Shown here piece by piece: positions 9,078 through 17,043 of a stretch of DNA of 64,000 nt. The DNA is taken from assembly GCA_947624395.1 (NCBI GenBank), contig CANQKA010000001.1:16446-80445 (forward strand), written 5' to 3'. The translations under genes and the position numbers were made by a program. Below the pieces are notes generated by a model, which worked only from the letters and a program-made list of their open reading frames with translations, ran no database searches and was not told the DNA's origin. Position 1 is the stretch's first letter. Every line of letters begins with the position of its first letter. The stretch is from an uncultured Oscillospiraceae bacterium. Lineage in GTDB: Bacteria > Bacillota > Clostridia > Oscillospirales > Oscillospiraceae.

Positions 9078-9106
9078 ATTGTAACACTCACCTCCGCCGT
9101 TTGCAA
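9078..9106 (-). promoter_or_regulatory. Putative typA promoter, TTGCAA-17 nt-TACAAT with an upstream TG
   Basis: The minus strand reads TTGCAAacggcggaggtgagtgtTACAAT. Confidence 0.55.
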
Positions 9107-9185
9107 TCGTCACCCCGCACAAAAAAGGGCCTGTCCGCGACCCAGCCCCCGCCATATTCTCGCCCTATTGAAGCGGTTTGCTTGC

Positions 9186-9308
9186 TATGCTATAATAGCC
9201 GCAAGCGGCTATTATACAGGATTTAGGGCGGTTTTGCTCCCGGCTTGCGCCGGACCGCAAAACATGCCGCATTATAGCATCCCGCCTCCGGCGCTATGCT
9301 ATAATTTT
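9186..9308. repeat. Structured intergenic repeat, family B (copy B1)
   Basis: The element reads tataatagccgc-aa-gcggctattata hairpin, then gttttgc..ccggc-ttgc-gccgg..gcaaaac hairpin, then gcattatagcat...atgctataat. It is about 90% identical by eye to the unit at 21325-21434. It ends in TGcTATAAT (9297-9305), 37 nt before the ABC gene ATG. Confidence 0.75.
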
Positions 9309-9341
9309 AGTCTGGCTCGACAGAGAGACAAAGGGGTGAGA

Positions 9342-10988
9342 ATGTTTATGTGGCGATACACAAAGAGAAATGGAAGCGCCGTGTTTTGCTTTGGGCTGTC
9401 CAATTTACTGGCCGCCATTTCGTCTGTACTTTTGGCCTACTTGCTGGGGGCATTCACGGATGCTGCCATGGGCGGTTTGCAGACAGGTTTTCTGACATTG
9501 GCGATCGTCACCCTGTGCTATATCTTTGTGGATACATTTTTGAACTTCCTCATGGACTACACAAGGGACCGGGCCGTTCATCAGATCGGCAAGTCGCTGC
9601 GCGCAGACGTTATCAGGAAAATAGAACGTCTCTCCAACGAGGAGAAGCGGCAAAACGAGGACAGCTACTATTTGTCGTTGATCAATCATGATATCCCCAC
9701 TGTAGAGCAGGATTATTTCGGCGCGCTGGGCGCTGTCTATTTTCAGGTCTGCTGCTTTGGTCTTGCGATATTTTCCGCCGTAAGAATTCAGCCCATCATG
9801 ACGGTCATCATGCTGGCCATCAGCATCATCCCCGTCATATTCCCAAAACTATCGGAAAAACCGTTGCAAAAAGCGAAAACGGAAGAACAGGAGGCCAAAA
9901 AGACCCATCTGCACATCGTCACGCAAATACTGAACGGGTATTCTTTTTTGCGGGTATTTAACAGTTTTTCCGGGATAAATCAAAAATACGACCAGGAGAA
10001 CGACCAGCTTTTCCAAAAGAAAAAGCAGTTCAGCAAGATGAACGCCATCCTTTACGCGGGGGCGTTCGGCGCGGGGAATCTGGTATTTTTATGCACGTGG
10101 GTCGTTGGCATTTTCTTTGTCACAAAACGGTATATTACCTTGCCGGAGCTCATTATTTTCTCCCAGCTTATGACTTTTGTGGCGGGCCCCATACAGATCA
10201 TCAGCGAGCGGTATACCTCTGTGGTCGCGGCCTCCGCCGTGTGCAGGAAGCTCACAACGTTTTTGGATGATACCGCGGAGGAAGAGGACGCCTGGGGCGA
10301 AAACGAGCTGGCCGATGTGCATGAGATCGTGCTGCGGAATATCTCCGTCCGAAACAACGAAAAGCCGGTATTACGCGGCGTGGACCTGACGATCCGGAAA
10401 GGCGACCGGATCGCGGTCCTTGGGGAAAGCGGTTCGGGAAAATCCACATTGATACGTTACCTCGCCGCCCTGACCAGCGGCAGCGGCGCGTACCTGATAA
10501 ACGGACTGCCAGTCCAGTCATATGCTTATCAGGACTTCCGAAAAAACGTCTCGCTATTGGAGCAGCGGTCCTTTGTTTTTGACGCGACGATCCGGGACAA
10601 CCTAACGATGTTTGACGACAGGTACGCAGATCACGAAAAGCTCACCAAGGTCTTATCGGACGTGGGGCTTGGTCCCTGGTACAACGGGCAAAAAGACAAG
10701 CTGGATACGCGCATCGGCACAGAGGAAACGGGCATGTCCGGCGGTGAAGAGCGGCGTCTGAATCTGGGCCGCGCACTGGTGAGAAATGCGGTTGTTTTGA
10801 TTCTGGACGAGCCCACAACGGGCCTGGACGCGGAAACAAGGCGCTTTGTGGAGAAGAAGATCACGGATATGCAATGCGACATTTTGATTGCTGCCATTCA
10901 TGAGTACTCCCCAGCGTTTTTGGAGACCTTTAACCGGGTGCTCACCGTAAAAGACGGCCAGGTCCTGGAATACAAACGGCCGGAATAA
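9342..10988 (+). CDS. ABC transporter, fused permease/ATP-binding protein (type I exporter half-transporter)
   Basis: The track ORF 8856..10988 has a shadow-like N-terminus. The real start is taken as ATG 9342 ([14 protein letters not shown]...), preceded by AAGGGGTGAG. The protein has 6 TM segments, then Walker [10 protein letters not shown], the signature MSGGEERR and Walker B LILDEPT. The region is visibly AT-richer than its flanks. Confidence 0.85.
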   Translation: MFMWRYTKRNGSAVFCFGLSNLLAAISSVLLAYLLGAFTDAAMGGLQTGFLTLAIVTLCYIFVDTFLNFLMDYTRDRAVHQIGKSLRADVIRKIERLSNEEKRQNEDSYYLSLINHDIPTVEQDYFGALGAVYFQVCCFGLAIFSAVRIQPIMTVIMLAISIIPVIFPKLSEKPLQKAKTEEQEAKKTHLHIVTQILNGYSFLRVFNSFSGINQKYDQENDQLFQKKKQFSKMNAILYAGAFGAGNLVFLCTWVVGIFFVTKRYITLPELIIFSQLMTFVAGPIQIISERYTSVVAASAVCRKLTTFLDDTAEEEDAWGENELADVHEIVLRNISVRNNEKPVLRGVDLTIRKGDRIAVLGESGSGKSTLIRYLAALTSGSGAYLINGLPVQSYAYQDFRKNVSLLEQRSFVFDATIRDNLTMFDDRYADHEKLTKVLSDVGLGPWYNGQKDKLDTRIGTEETGMSGGEERRLNLGRALVRNAVVLILDEPTTGLDAETRRFVEKKITDMQCDILIAAIHEYSPAFLETFNRVLTVKDGQVLEYKRPE

Positions 10989-10995
10989 AGACATG

Positions 10996-11046
10996 AAAAC
11001 CCCGCACGGCGCGCTCACACACGCCGTGCGGGATCTTTTTGCCTTT
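10996..11046. terminator. Bidirectional intrinsic terminator between convergent genes
   Basis: Reads gaaaaCCCGCACGGCG-cgctcacaca-CGCCGTGCGGGatctttttgccttttt, an 11-bp GC stem with an A-run upstream and a T-run downstream. Confidence 0.75.
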
Positions 11047-12582
11047 TTACAGCACGAAGAAGGTGCAGGTCATGGGGGCCAGGTCCACCTTGCCGGCGGG
11101 CTGGGGCACGCCGTCCAGGGCAGGCAGGGCATTGTCCGGGCCAAGCGCCAGGTCCTTGCCGTTGAGGGTCATGACCGTGGCCCGCTTGTTGCCGTCCTTG
11201 CCGGCCAGGGTGTACCGCTCCGCGGCTTTGGGCAGCTCCACGGTGGTGGTCTCCGTCTCGCTGTTGTTGATGACCAGATACACCGCGCCGGGTTTGCCGT
11301 CCTTCCGGCTGTGGGCGTAAACATGCGCGCCCATGCGGACGGGTTCGCCGGTATCGTAGACCGTTTGGCCCATGAGCCGGATCCACAGCAGCACGGCGAA
11401 GTAGTTGGGCCTTGGTTCATGGGTGACCCGGTCCAGATAGGCGTAGTCGGAAGCGGCCAGGGTATTGTGGAAGATGATGCCGTCGGTGACGGCGGAAAAG
11501 CTGCCCGCCTCGTTCAGCGTCCGCAGCACGTCCAGATAGGTGGAGGCCCAGGTGTCCCCACCGCCGCCGGCGTCGCCGGACTCGGTGACCCACATCTGCC
11601 CGCCGGGGCAGAACTGGTCCCGCAGGGGCACATAGGCGCGGGCGTTATTGGCGGCCACGGCCAAATAGGCCTCGGAGTTGGCCTCCTCCGCCAGCCAGTG
11701 GCCGGAGGGCATAGCCCCCGCCAGCCGCTCGGACACGCCGTTATAATAGTGATAGCTGAACACGTCCAGTGGGCAGGGTTCCGGACCCATCAGCTCACGG
11801 GTGGAGCAGCTGTTGGTCACCAGCTCCACACCGCCGCCGCCGGACTTGTCCCCCTCCTTGCCGATGGAGCCCTCGGACCCCACGGAGCAGGGACCCACGT
11901 ACAGGCAGTCGGGGTAGTTCTTTTTAAGCCATTCGTAGAATATCTTCTGGTCCCGTGCGTGGTCCGCGGCGGTGTACCCCTTGGGGAAGCCGGTATCCTC
12001 CAGCATATTGGGCTCGTTGACGAACTCGGACGCGCTGATGGGCACGCCGTAGTCCGCGCTGAATTTAAAGAGCTTCTCCGCCTCATGGGCCGTCCATGGC
12101 GGGACAGGGGACTGGTCTACGCCGTACACGCCGGGGCAGGCGGACACGGACACCAGCAGCTTTGCCCCCACCGCCTTCACGAAATCCAGCACGCCGACCC
12201 ACTGTTCCCGCGTCAGGGTGTTCAAATACCCCTCGGGGACTTTGCCGCCCATGGACCCGTCCAGGTCGTAGTAGGTCTTGGTGGCCCAGGTGCCGGACAC
12301 GCGCACCCACAGCGGGCCGAACGCCTTTGCCAGGGCCCGCAGCTTCTCGTCGTACAAGTTGATGGGCGGGTAAACCTGCATCAGGTCCTTGTAGGCCGCC
12401 GTGAGCCCGCCGCTCATGTCCACGTTGAAGGGCTCGGTACCGGCGATCTGGCCGGGGGTGTAGGCCTTCCAGAAGGTGCCGCCGGTGACCTCGGCGAACT
12501 CGATGTTGTAGCTCATCAGCGCCGGGTCCACCTGGTGCAGCTGCTTGAGCTCTTCCGGCTTCAGTTTCACGAATTGGGCCAT
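11047..12582 (-). CDS. Glycoside hydrolase, GH79-like (beta-glucuronidase/heparanase-type TIM barrel)
   Basis: A 511-aa ORF. The acid/base motif SEFVNEPN sits in a context resembling GH79, and there is a C-terminal beta-sandwich-like tail. The family call is from memory of motifs only. Confidence 0.65.
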   Translation of the reverse strand: MAQFVKLKPEELKQLHQVDPALMSYNIEFAEVTGGTFWKAYTPGQIAGTEPFNVDMSGGLTAAYKDLMQVYPPINLYDEKLRALAKAFGPLWVRVSGTWATKTYYDLDGSMGGKVPEGYLNTLTREQWVGVLDFVKAVGAKLLVSVSACPGVYGVDQSPVPPWTAHEAEKLFKFSADYGVPISASEFVNEPNMLEDTGFPKGYTAADHARDQKIFYEWLKKNYPDCLYVGPCSVGSEGSIGKEGDKSGGGGVELVTNSCSTRELMGPEPCPLDVFSYHYYNGVSERLAGAMPSGHWLAEEANSEAYLAVAANNARAYVPLRDQFCPGGQMWVTESGDAGGGGDTWASTYLDVLRTLNEAGSFSAVTDGIIFHNTLAASDYAYLDRVTHEPRPNYFAVLLWIRLMGQTVYDTGEPVRMGAHVYAHSRKDGKPGAVYLVINNSETETTTVELPKAAERYTLAGKDGNKRATVMTLNGKDLALGPDNALPALDGVPQPAGKVDLAPMTCTFFVL

Positions 12583-12638
12583 CTTATCGTCTCCTTTTCA
12601 AAAAGTTTTTTACGCTTTTGACCGGCAAAGGCCGGGAT

Positions 12639-13448
12639 TCAGACGAGGAAGCAATTTTCCGCCGGGCGGGCGTAGTCCCGCTCCAGCATGTCCCGGTGGG
12701 ACAAAAAGGCCCGGTCCGTGAAGCTCCTGGCGCCCCGGCGGCATTTCAATACGCACGCCTGACACTTGATGCACACGCCCACGGTCTTGCCCGGATCGTC
12801 CCGGTCGATGCTCCCCATGGGGCACGCCGCGGCGCAGGTCCCGCAGTGGTTGCACAGGGCGTAGTCCACCGTGGGCGTGGCCCGCAGAAAGTCCGCCGGC
12901 GCGCCGTCCAGACCCAGAGGCCGGTAATAGGACGCGTCCGGCTGTCCCGGAATGTCCCGCTGGGACAAGCATGCCCCATCCAGCCATTTTTCCGCCGCCC
13001 GGACCGCGAACGCTCTCGCGGCCTCCAAGTCCTCCGGCGTCGGTCTACCGGTGGCCAGAGCGGCTGTAAACGCGTGCTGGCCCACCACGGCGGCCGCCGC
13101 GGGGATAGCAAAGCCGTCTTGCTGCAAGAGGCTGAAAAGCTCCGCCAGGGCGTTGTCGAAGCTCCGGTTGCCGAAGCACACCACAGGGACCGCCCCGCCA
13201 TTGCCCCGAATACCGGCGGCAACAAACGGCGCTATTTTATTGGGCAAGCGTCCGGCGTACACCGGCAGACCCACGAACACCAGGTCCTCCGGGCCGAAAA
13301 TATAGTCCTTTTTCCTCGCCATGGGCCTTGTGAAGTCCACGAACTGCGGCTCCGTGCCCAGCTTTTCCGCCGCGGCGGACGCCATGGTCCGGACGATGTT
13401 TTCCACGTTGCCGCAGGGGCTGAAATAAAGCCCCGTCACCTGGCCCAT
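12639..13448 (-). CDS. Flavodoxin-like domain fused to a 2x[4Fe-4S] ferredoxin domain (EFR1-type)
   Basis: A 269-aa ORF. The N-terminus LYFSPCGNVENIV...FVGLPVYAGRLP is flavodoxin-like. The C-terminus carries CNHCGTCAAACP and CIKCQACVLKC. Confidence 0.7.
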   Translation of the reverse strand: MGQVTGLYFSPCGNVENIVRTMASAAAEKLGTEPQFVDFTRPMARKKDYIFGPEDLVFVGLPVYAGRLPNKIAPFVAAGIRGNGGAVPVVCFGNRSFDNALAELFSLLQQDGFAIPAAAAVVGQHAFTAALATGRPTPEDLEAARAFAVRAAEKWLDGACLSQRDIPGQPDASYYRPLGLDGAPADFLRATPTVDYALCNHCGTCAAACPMGSIDRDDPGKTVGVCIKCQACVLKCRRGARSFTDRAFLSHRDMLERDYARPAENCFLV

Positions 13449-13450
13449 GC

Positions 13451-14545
13451 TCAGTCCTCCTTATCCCGGAACACCCACTTTTTCTGGATGGAATAGCTGA
13501 CCAGAAAAAGGCACATCTCCACGGGTATCTTGATGGCCGTCTCCATCACGTTGGATACGTGCAGCAGGGAGTTTATCAGATATACCAGCAGCGCGGACAC
13601 GCTGCCCTGGGCCACCACCAGCGCGTAATACCGGACCGCGGACTTACCGGGCGCGCTCTGGCTGCGAAAGACCAGGTTGCGGTTCAGCAGAAAGTTCACC
13701 GCGCTGGACACCGCCCTTGCCCCCAGGGACGAGGCCAGCTCCCGCCCGCCGTCGGCCATGGACTTCAATACCACGGCGTTGAGCAGGGTAAAGATCCCGG
13801 CGTCGATGAGAAAGCACGCGGCCGAGCTGGCCGCAAAGGCCCCGAAAGAGCGCAGGGAGCGGAAGATATGCCGGAAGATGATCTTGTATATTTTCCAAGA
13901 GTCTTTCAACGGGTTAAAATGGCTGGTCTGGTTTTCCTCGATATACACCGTGTCGATGGACACCTCGCCGATCTCGATCTTCTCCGAGCGCAGGGATAAA
14001 AGCATTTGCGTCTCGTACTCATACCGCTCGCCCTCGATAGAGCACATCAGGGGCAGGTACTTGGCCGGGATGGCCCGCAGGCCGGTCTGGGTATCGGTGA
14101 CGGAGACCCCGGCCAGCTTCATGACGCCACGGGTCAGGGTGTTGCCAAACCGACTGCGAAATGGCACCTGCTCCAGGGAAAAATCCCGGCAGCCAAGCCA
14201 AATTTTCTCCGGCTGGCGGACCATGGCCCGGGCGCATGCCAGCACGTCCTTGGCGTTGTGCTGGTTGTCCCCGTCCACGGTGACCACGCCGTCTATGTCC
14301 GGCCGGTTTTTCATGCACCAGTCGAAGGCGGTCTTCAGCGCACGGCCCTTGCCCCTGTTGACCTCGTGGGTCAGCACGGTGACGCCGGGTCTTGTGGCGG
14401 CGTCCCGGAACCGTCCGGCGCAGTCGGCGCGGCTTCCGTCGTTTACCAGCAACAGGTCGTGAAAGCCCGCGCCCAGCATGGCGTCCACCACCTGGCACAG
14501 CTTCTCGTCCGGGTTATAGGAGGGAACGATGATCGTAATGTTCAT
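13451..14545 (-). CDS. Family 2 glycosyltransferase fused to a GtrA-like membrane domain
   Basis: A 364-aa ORF. IIVPSYNPDEKL...LVNDGS...VTVDGDNQH is a GT2 signature, and the C-terminal 4 TM segments with LNRNLVF are GtrA-like. Confidence 0.85.
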   Translation of the reverse strand: MNITIIVPSYNPDEKLCQVVDAMLGAGFHDLLLVNDGSRADCAGRFRDAATRPGVTVLTHEVNRGKGRALKTAFDWCMKNRPDIDGVVTVDGDNQHNAKDVLACARAMVRQPEKIWLGCRDFSLEQVPFRSRFGNTLTRGVMKLAGVSVTDTQTGLRAIPAKYLPLMCSIEGERYEYETQMLLSLRSEKIEIGEVSIDTVYIEENQTSHFNPLKDSWKIYKIIFRHIFRSLRSFGAFAASSAACFLIDAGIFTLLNAVVLKSMADGGRELASSLGARAVSSAVNFLLNRNLVFRSQSAPGKSAVRYYALVVAQGSVSALLVYLINSLLHVSNVMETAIKIPVEMCLFLVSYSIQKKWVFRDKED

Positions 14546-14562
14546 GTTGCCGTCTCACAGAT

Positions 14563-15852
14563 TCAAAGATTCTGGAAGTTGCTCAAATAATATCCGTCGC
14601 CTTCCCGCAGGAAGTAAAGGCGCATGGTGCCGTCCGCGTAATTCTGAGGCTGGCCCCGGAGGGTGCAGTCCGCGTCGTAGTTTACGTCGATGCTGAAGCA
14701 GTTGTCCGCCCAGCGCAGCACATCCCCGGCGTAGGTCTTGCTCACGTCTATATCGTCGTGGTGGGTGGTCCACCGGATGCTCTCATAAGTACTCTGGATG
14801 TCGGCGTAAGCCTGGGTACCCCGGCGCAGATACGCCAGCGCGCCGCCCATGTTGCCGGCGGCGTTTCGTGCGCCGCAGATGAAATAGTACAGGTCTTTTT
14901 GCACGAACTCCACCGCCCGCTGGGCATAGGCGGCGGTGTCGCTCTTATCCAGCAGCAGATAGCCGTCCTCCCCGGTCTGTACCAGATCAAAGCCCTTTGG
15001 CGCTTTTGCCGTCAGCTCCGGCTCCAACAGCAGCCCGTCCACCTCATAGCGCACCCAGGCCACGGGGTTTTCCAAGACCTCGTCCAAGGCGTGGTAGTCC
15101 ATCAGCGTGCCGGCCTCCCGGCGGTACTCCTTGCCAAGGCTCTGGCCGTTGCACAGCACCTCACACCCGCTGGGCACGGTCACGGCCGCGCTTTGCTCCC
15201 CTGCAAAGAGAAGCTCCACGCCGGCCACGGCCCAGTCCAGCTCTTCACCGGCCAGCGTCACACGGGCCAAGGTCTCGTCTCCGTTTTGCAGCACATAGAC
15301 CGGCGCTTCCTGGGTAAACTCCGGGGCCTTGTAAGCCCTAATCGCATCCGGCGCAAAGCGCTGGCTCATATACGCCCGCACCGCGTCCCGCCTATCCAGG
15401 TCGTTGGGGGACTGCTCGTACCACAGGTCCGTCCAGTAATCCGCCGTGAGGGCGTTTTGCCAATCCTCGAACGCCAGCTGGGGGGCCTGGAACAGCGCCT
15501 TTTCATGGGCGGCGCGGGCATTCTCGGCCGCCTCCGTCCTGTCCGTCTCGGTCTGCTGGTCATCCACATAGTGCCAGAACCGATATATCCCGTACCCGGA
15601 GCCTATGAGCAGCGCCAGGGCATACAGGGCCAGCGCGGCCCGCCACAGCTTTTTGCGCCGCTTTTTCTTTTTGGCCGCCTCTGTCCTGGTCGCCACAGGC
15701 GCTTCGGCCCTGGTTTTTTGGGGCTTAGGCTTGGGTTCAGCCTTGGGTTTGGGTTCGTCCTTTGGCTTGGGTTCAGGCTTAGGCTGGGGCTTTGACGCGT
15801 GTTTCGGCTCCCTCACGGGCGCGCTGGAATGTCTTCCCTCGTACCTGGCCAT
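14563..15852 (-). CDS. Hypothetical single-pass membrane protein with a Lys/Pro-rich cytoplasmic N-terminus
   Basis: A 429-aa ORF with PKPEPKPKDEPKPKAEPKPKP low complexity, KKKKRRKK, a TM helix (ALALYALALLIGSGYGIY) and a large ectodomain. It starts 2 nt after the upstream gene. Confidence 0.7.
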   Translation of the reverse strand: MARYEGRHSSAPVREPKHASKPQPKPEPKPKDEPKPKAEPKPKPQKTRAEAPVATRTEAAKKKKRRKKLWRAALALYALALLIGSGYGIYRFWHYVDDQQTETDRTEAAENARAAHEKALFQAPQLAFEDWQNALTADYWTDLWYEQSPNDLDRRDAVRAYMSQRFAPDAIRAYKAPEFTQEAPVYVLQNGDETLARVTLAGEELDWAVAGVELLFAGEQSAAVTVPSGCEVLCNGQSLGKEYRREAGTLMDYHALDEVLENPVAWVRYEVDGLLLEPELTAKAPKGFDLVQTGEDGYLLLDKSDTAAYAQRAVEFVQKDLYYFICGARNAAGNMGGALAYLRRGTQAYADIQSTYESIRWTTHHDDIDVSKTYAGDVLRWADNCFSIDVNYDADCTLRGQPQNYADGTMRLYFLREGDGYYLSNFQNL

Positions 15853-15853
15853 C

Positions 15854-16903
15854 TTACCCCTCCCCCTCGTCCGGGGCCATCACCAGAATGGCCGTGGGTA
15901 TTTTGAGCAGATAGTCGTTCCAGACCACGTGCTCGCCCTGATAGTACATGTCGGAGGACCCGCCGCCGTCCAGACTTCCGGCGTTGACGGCGCCGTATTC
16001 CAGCATGAGCTCGGCCGCCTGCAGGTTCGTGGCGCCGACGCTGTCGGGCCGGCGGCCCTCTATCACCAGCAGCAGCACCGTACCGTCCTCGGTCTGGCCC
16101 AGAGCCGTCCGGGGGTTCAGCCCGCCGCCGGCGTTACACTGTATCTGCCCGTCCTGGACAAGCGTGGGACCGGCGTTGAAGCTCAGGCCGGACACGATGC
16201 CCATGTCCAGAGCCTCCCGGCCCGTCATGTTGCCCACGTGCAGCACATGGCCGGCGTCAAAGCCTATCACGTTGCGGTAATAGCCGCCGGGAGAGCCGTA
16301 GGCGAACTGGCCGTCCCGTATCACCATGCCGTCCGGGGTGCCGCCGGCGGGGGCGTAAAACCCCGCGCCGTTTGTCCCGCCGATGGCGCCGTATTTGTCG
16401 ATGAGGTCCGTGAGCAGCACCCCCAGGCCGCCAAAGCGGTCGATGGAGCCGATGGTGACCAGAGACGGGTCATGTATCAGCAGCATAGAGGCCCGAAACG
16501 TGTTCTTTTTTATCTCCACAAGCTCGACCACATCCGGCGTCTCGTCCGGCTGGGGCGTGGGCTCCGGCTCCTGCGTCGGGTCCGGCGCGAAAGACAGTTC
16601 CGCAAAGCTGTCCGGTATCTCAGGCGTCGGGGTCGGGTGCAGGATGGCGTCGATCTCGTCCTCGTCGAAAAACATACGGGGCACGAATTGGAGCGTGTCG
16701 GACCCGTCAAAGCCCGCCACGAATTTCTGCCGCCATATGTCCGACGGCCCGCGGGCCATCACGGCGCACGCGCCATACCCGGCGACCGCGGCGATGGCGG
16801 CCGTCAGCACCAGCACGGTCAGGACCTTTCCCAGGACCCTCAGAAACACTTTCACGGATGGAACCTCTTTCTCCCGCAGAGATTTTCGTATATACTGCGC
16901 CAT
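15854..16903 (-). CDS. Phosphodiester glycosidase family protein (NAGPA/DUF2233-like), membrane anchored
   Basis: A 349-aa ORF with an N-terminal TM helix. GGTNGAGFY...GPTLVQDG...NPRTALGQTEDGTVLLLVIEGR...AGSLDGGGSS is typical of the family. Confidence 0.8.
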   Translation of the reverse strand: MAQYIRKSLREKEVPSVKVFLRVLGKVLTVLVLTAAIAAVAGYGACAVMARGPSDIWRQKFVAGFDGSDTLQFVPRMFFDEDEIDAILHPTPTPEIPDSFAELSFAPDPTQEPEPTPQPDETPDVVELVEIKKNTFRASMLLIHDPSLVTIGSIDRFGGLGVLLTDLIDKYGAIGGTNGAGFYAPAGGTPDGMVIRDGQFAYGSPGGYYRNVIGFDAGHVLHVGNMTGREALDMGIVSGLSFNAGPTLVQDGQIQCNAGGGLNPRTALGQTEDGTVLLLVIEGRRPDSVGATNLQAAELMLEYGAVNAGSLDGGGSSDMYYQGEHVVWNDYLLKIPTAILVMAPDEGEG

Positions 16904-16966
16904 TATAAAGCTTTAAGGGAAAAAACACAATATAAAAAATAATCTTGAAATTATTACAAGTCTGCC

Positions 16967-16995
16967 TTGACAATTCGTAATATTTGTGATAAGTT
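16967..16995 (+). promoter_or_regulatory. Possible promoter, TTGACA-17 nt-TAAGTT
   Basis: It lies in an AT-rich divergent intergenic region. The -10 box is weak. Confidence 0.35.
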
Positions 16996-17043
16996 TGTTC
17001 CAAATCGTAACCAAATTGTAACTTTCTTGGAGAGAGGACTTAG

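Noticed and set aside
8856-9341. N-terminal extensions of track ORFs: the ABC exporter from 8856, cobQ from 36728, cobU from 41110, cbiA from 43613, cbiJ from 45252, the permease from 50632, the TAXI SBP from 30906 and pnp from 22184.
   Set aside because: The extensions are shadow-like in composition and overlap upstream genes or regulatory elements. Internal starts with good SD sequences, or with 4-nt stop/start overlaps, reproduce the expected family N-termini.
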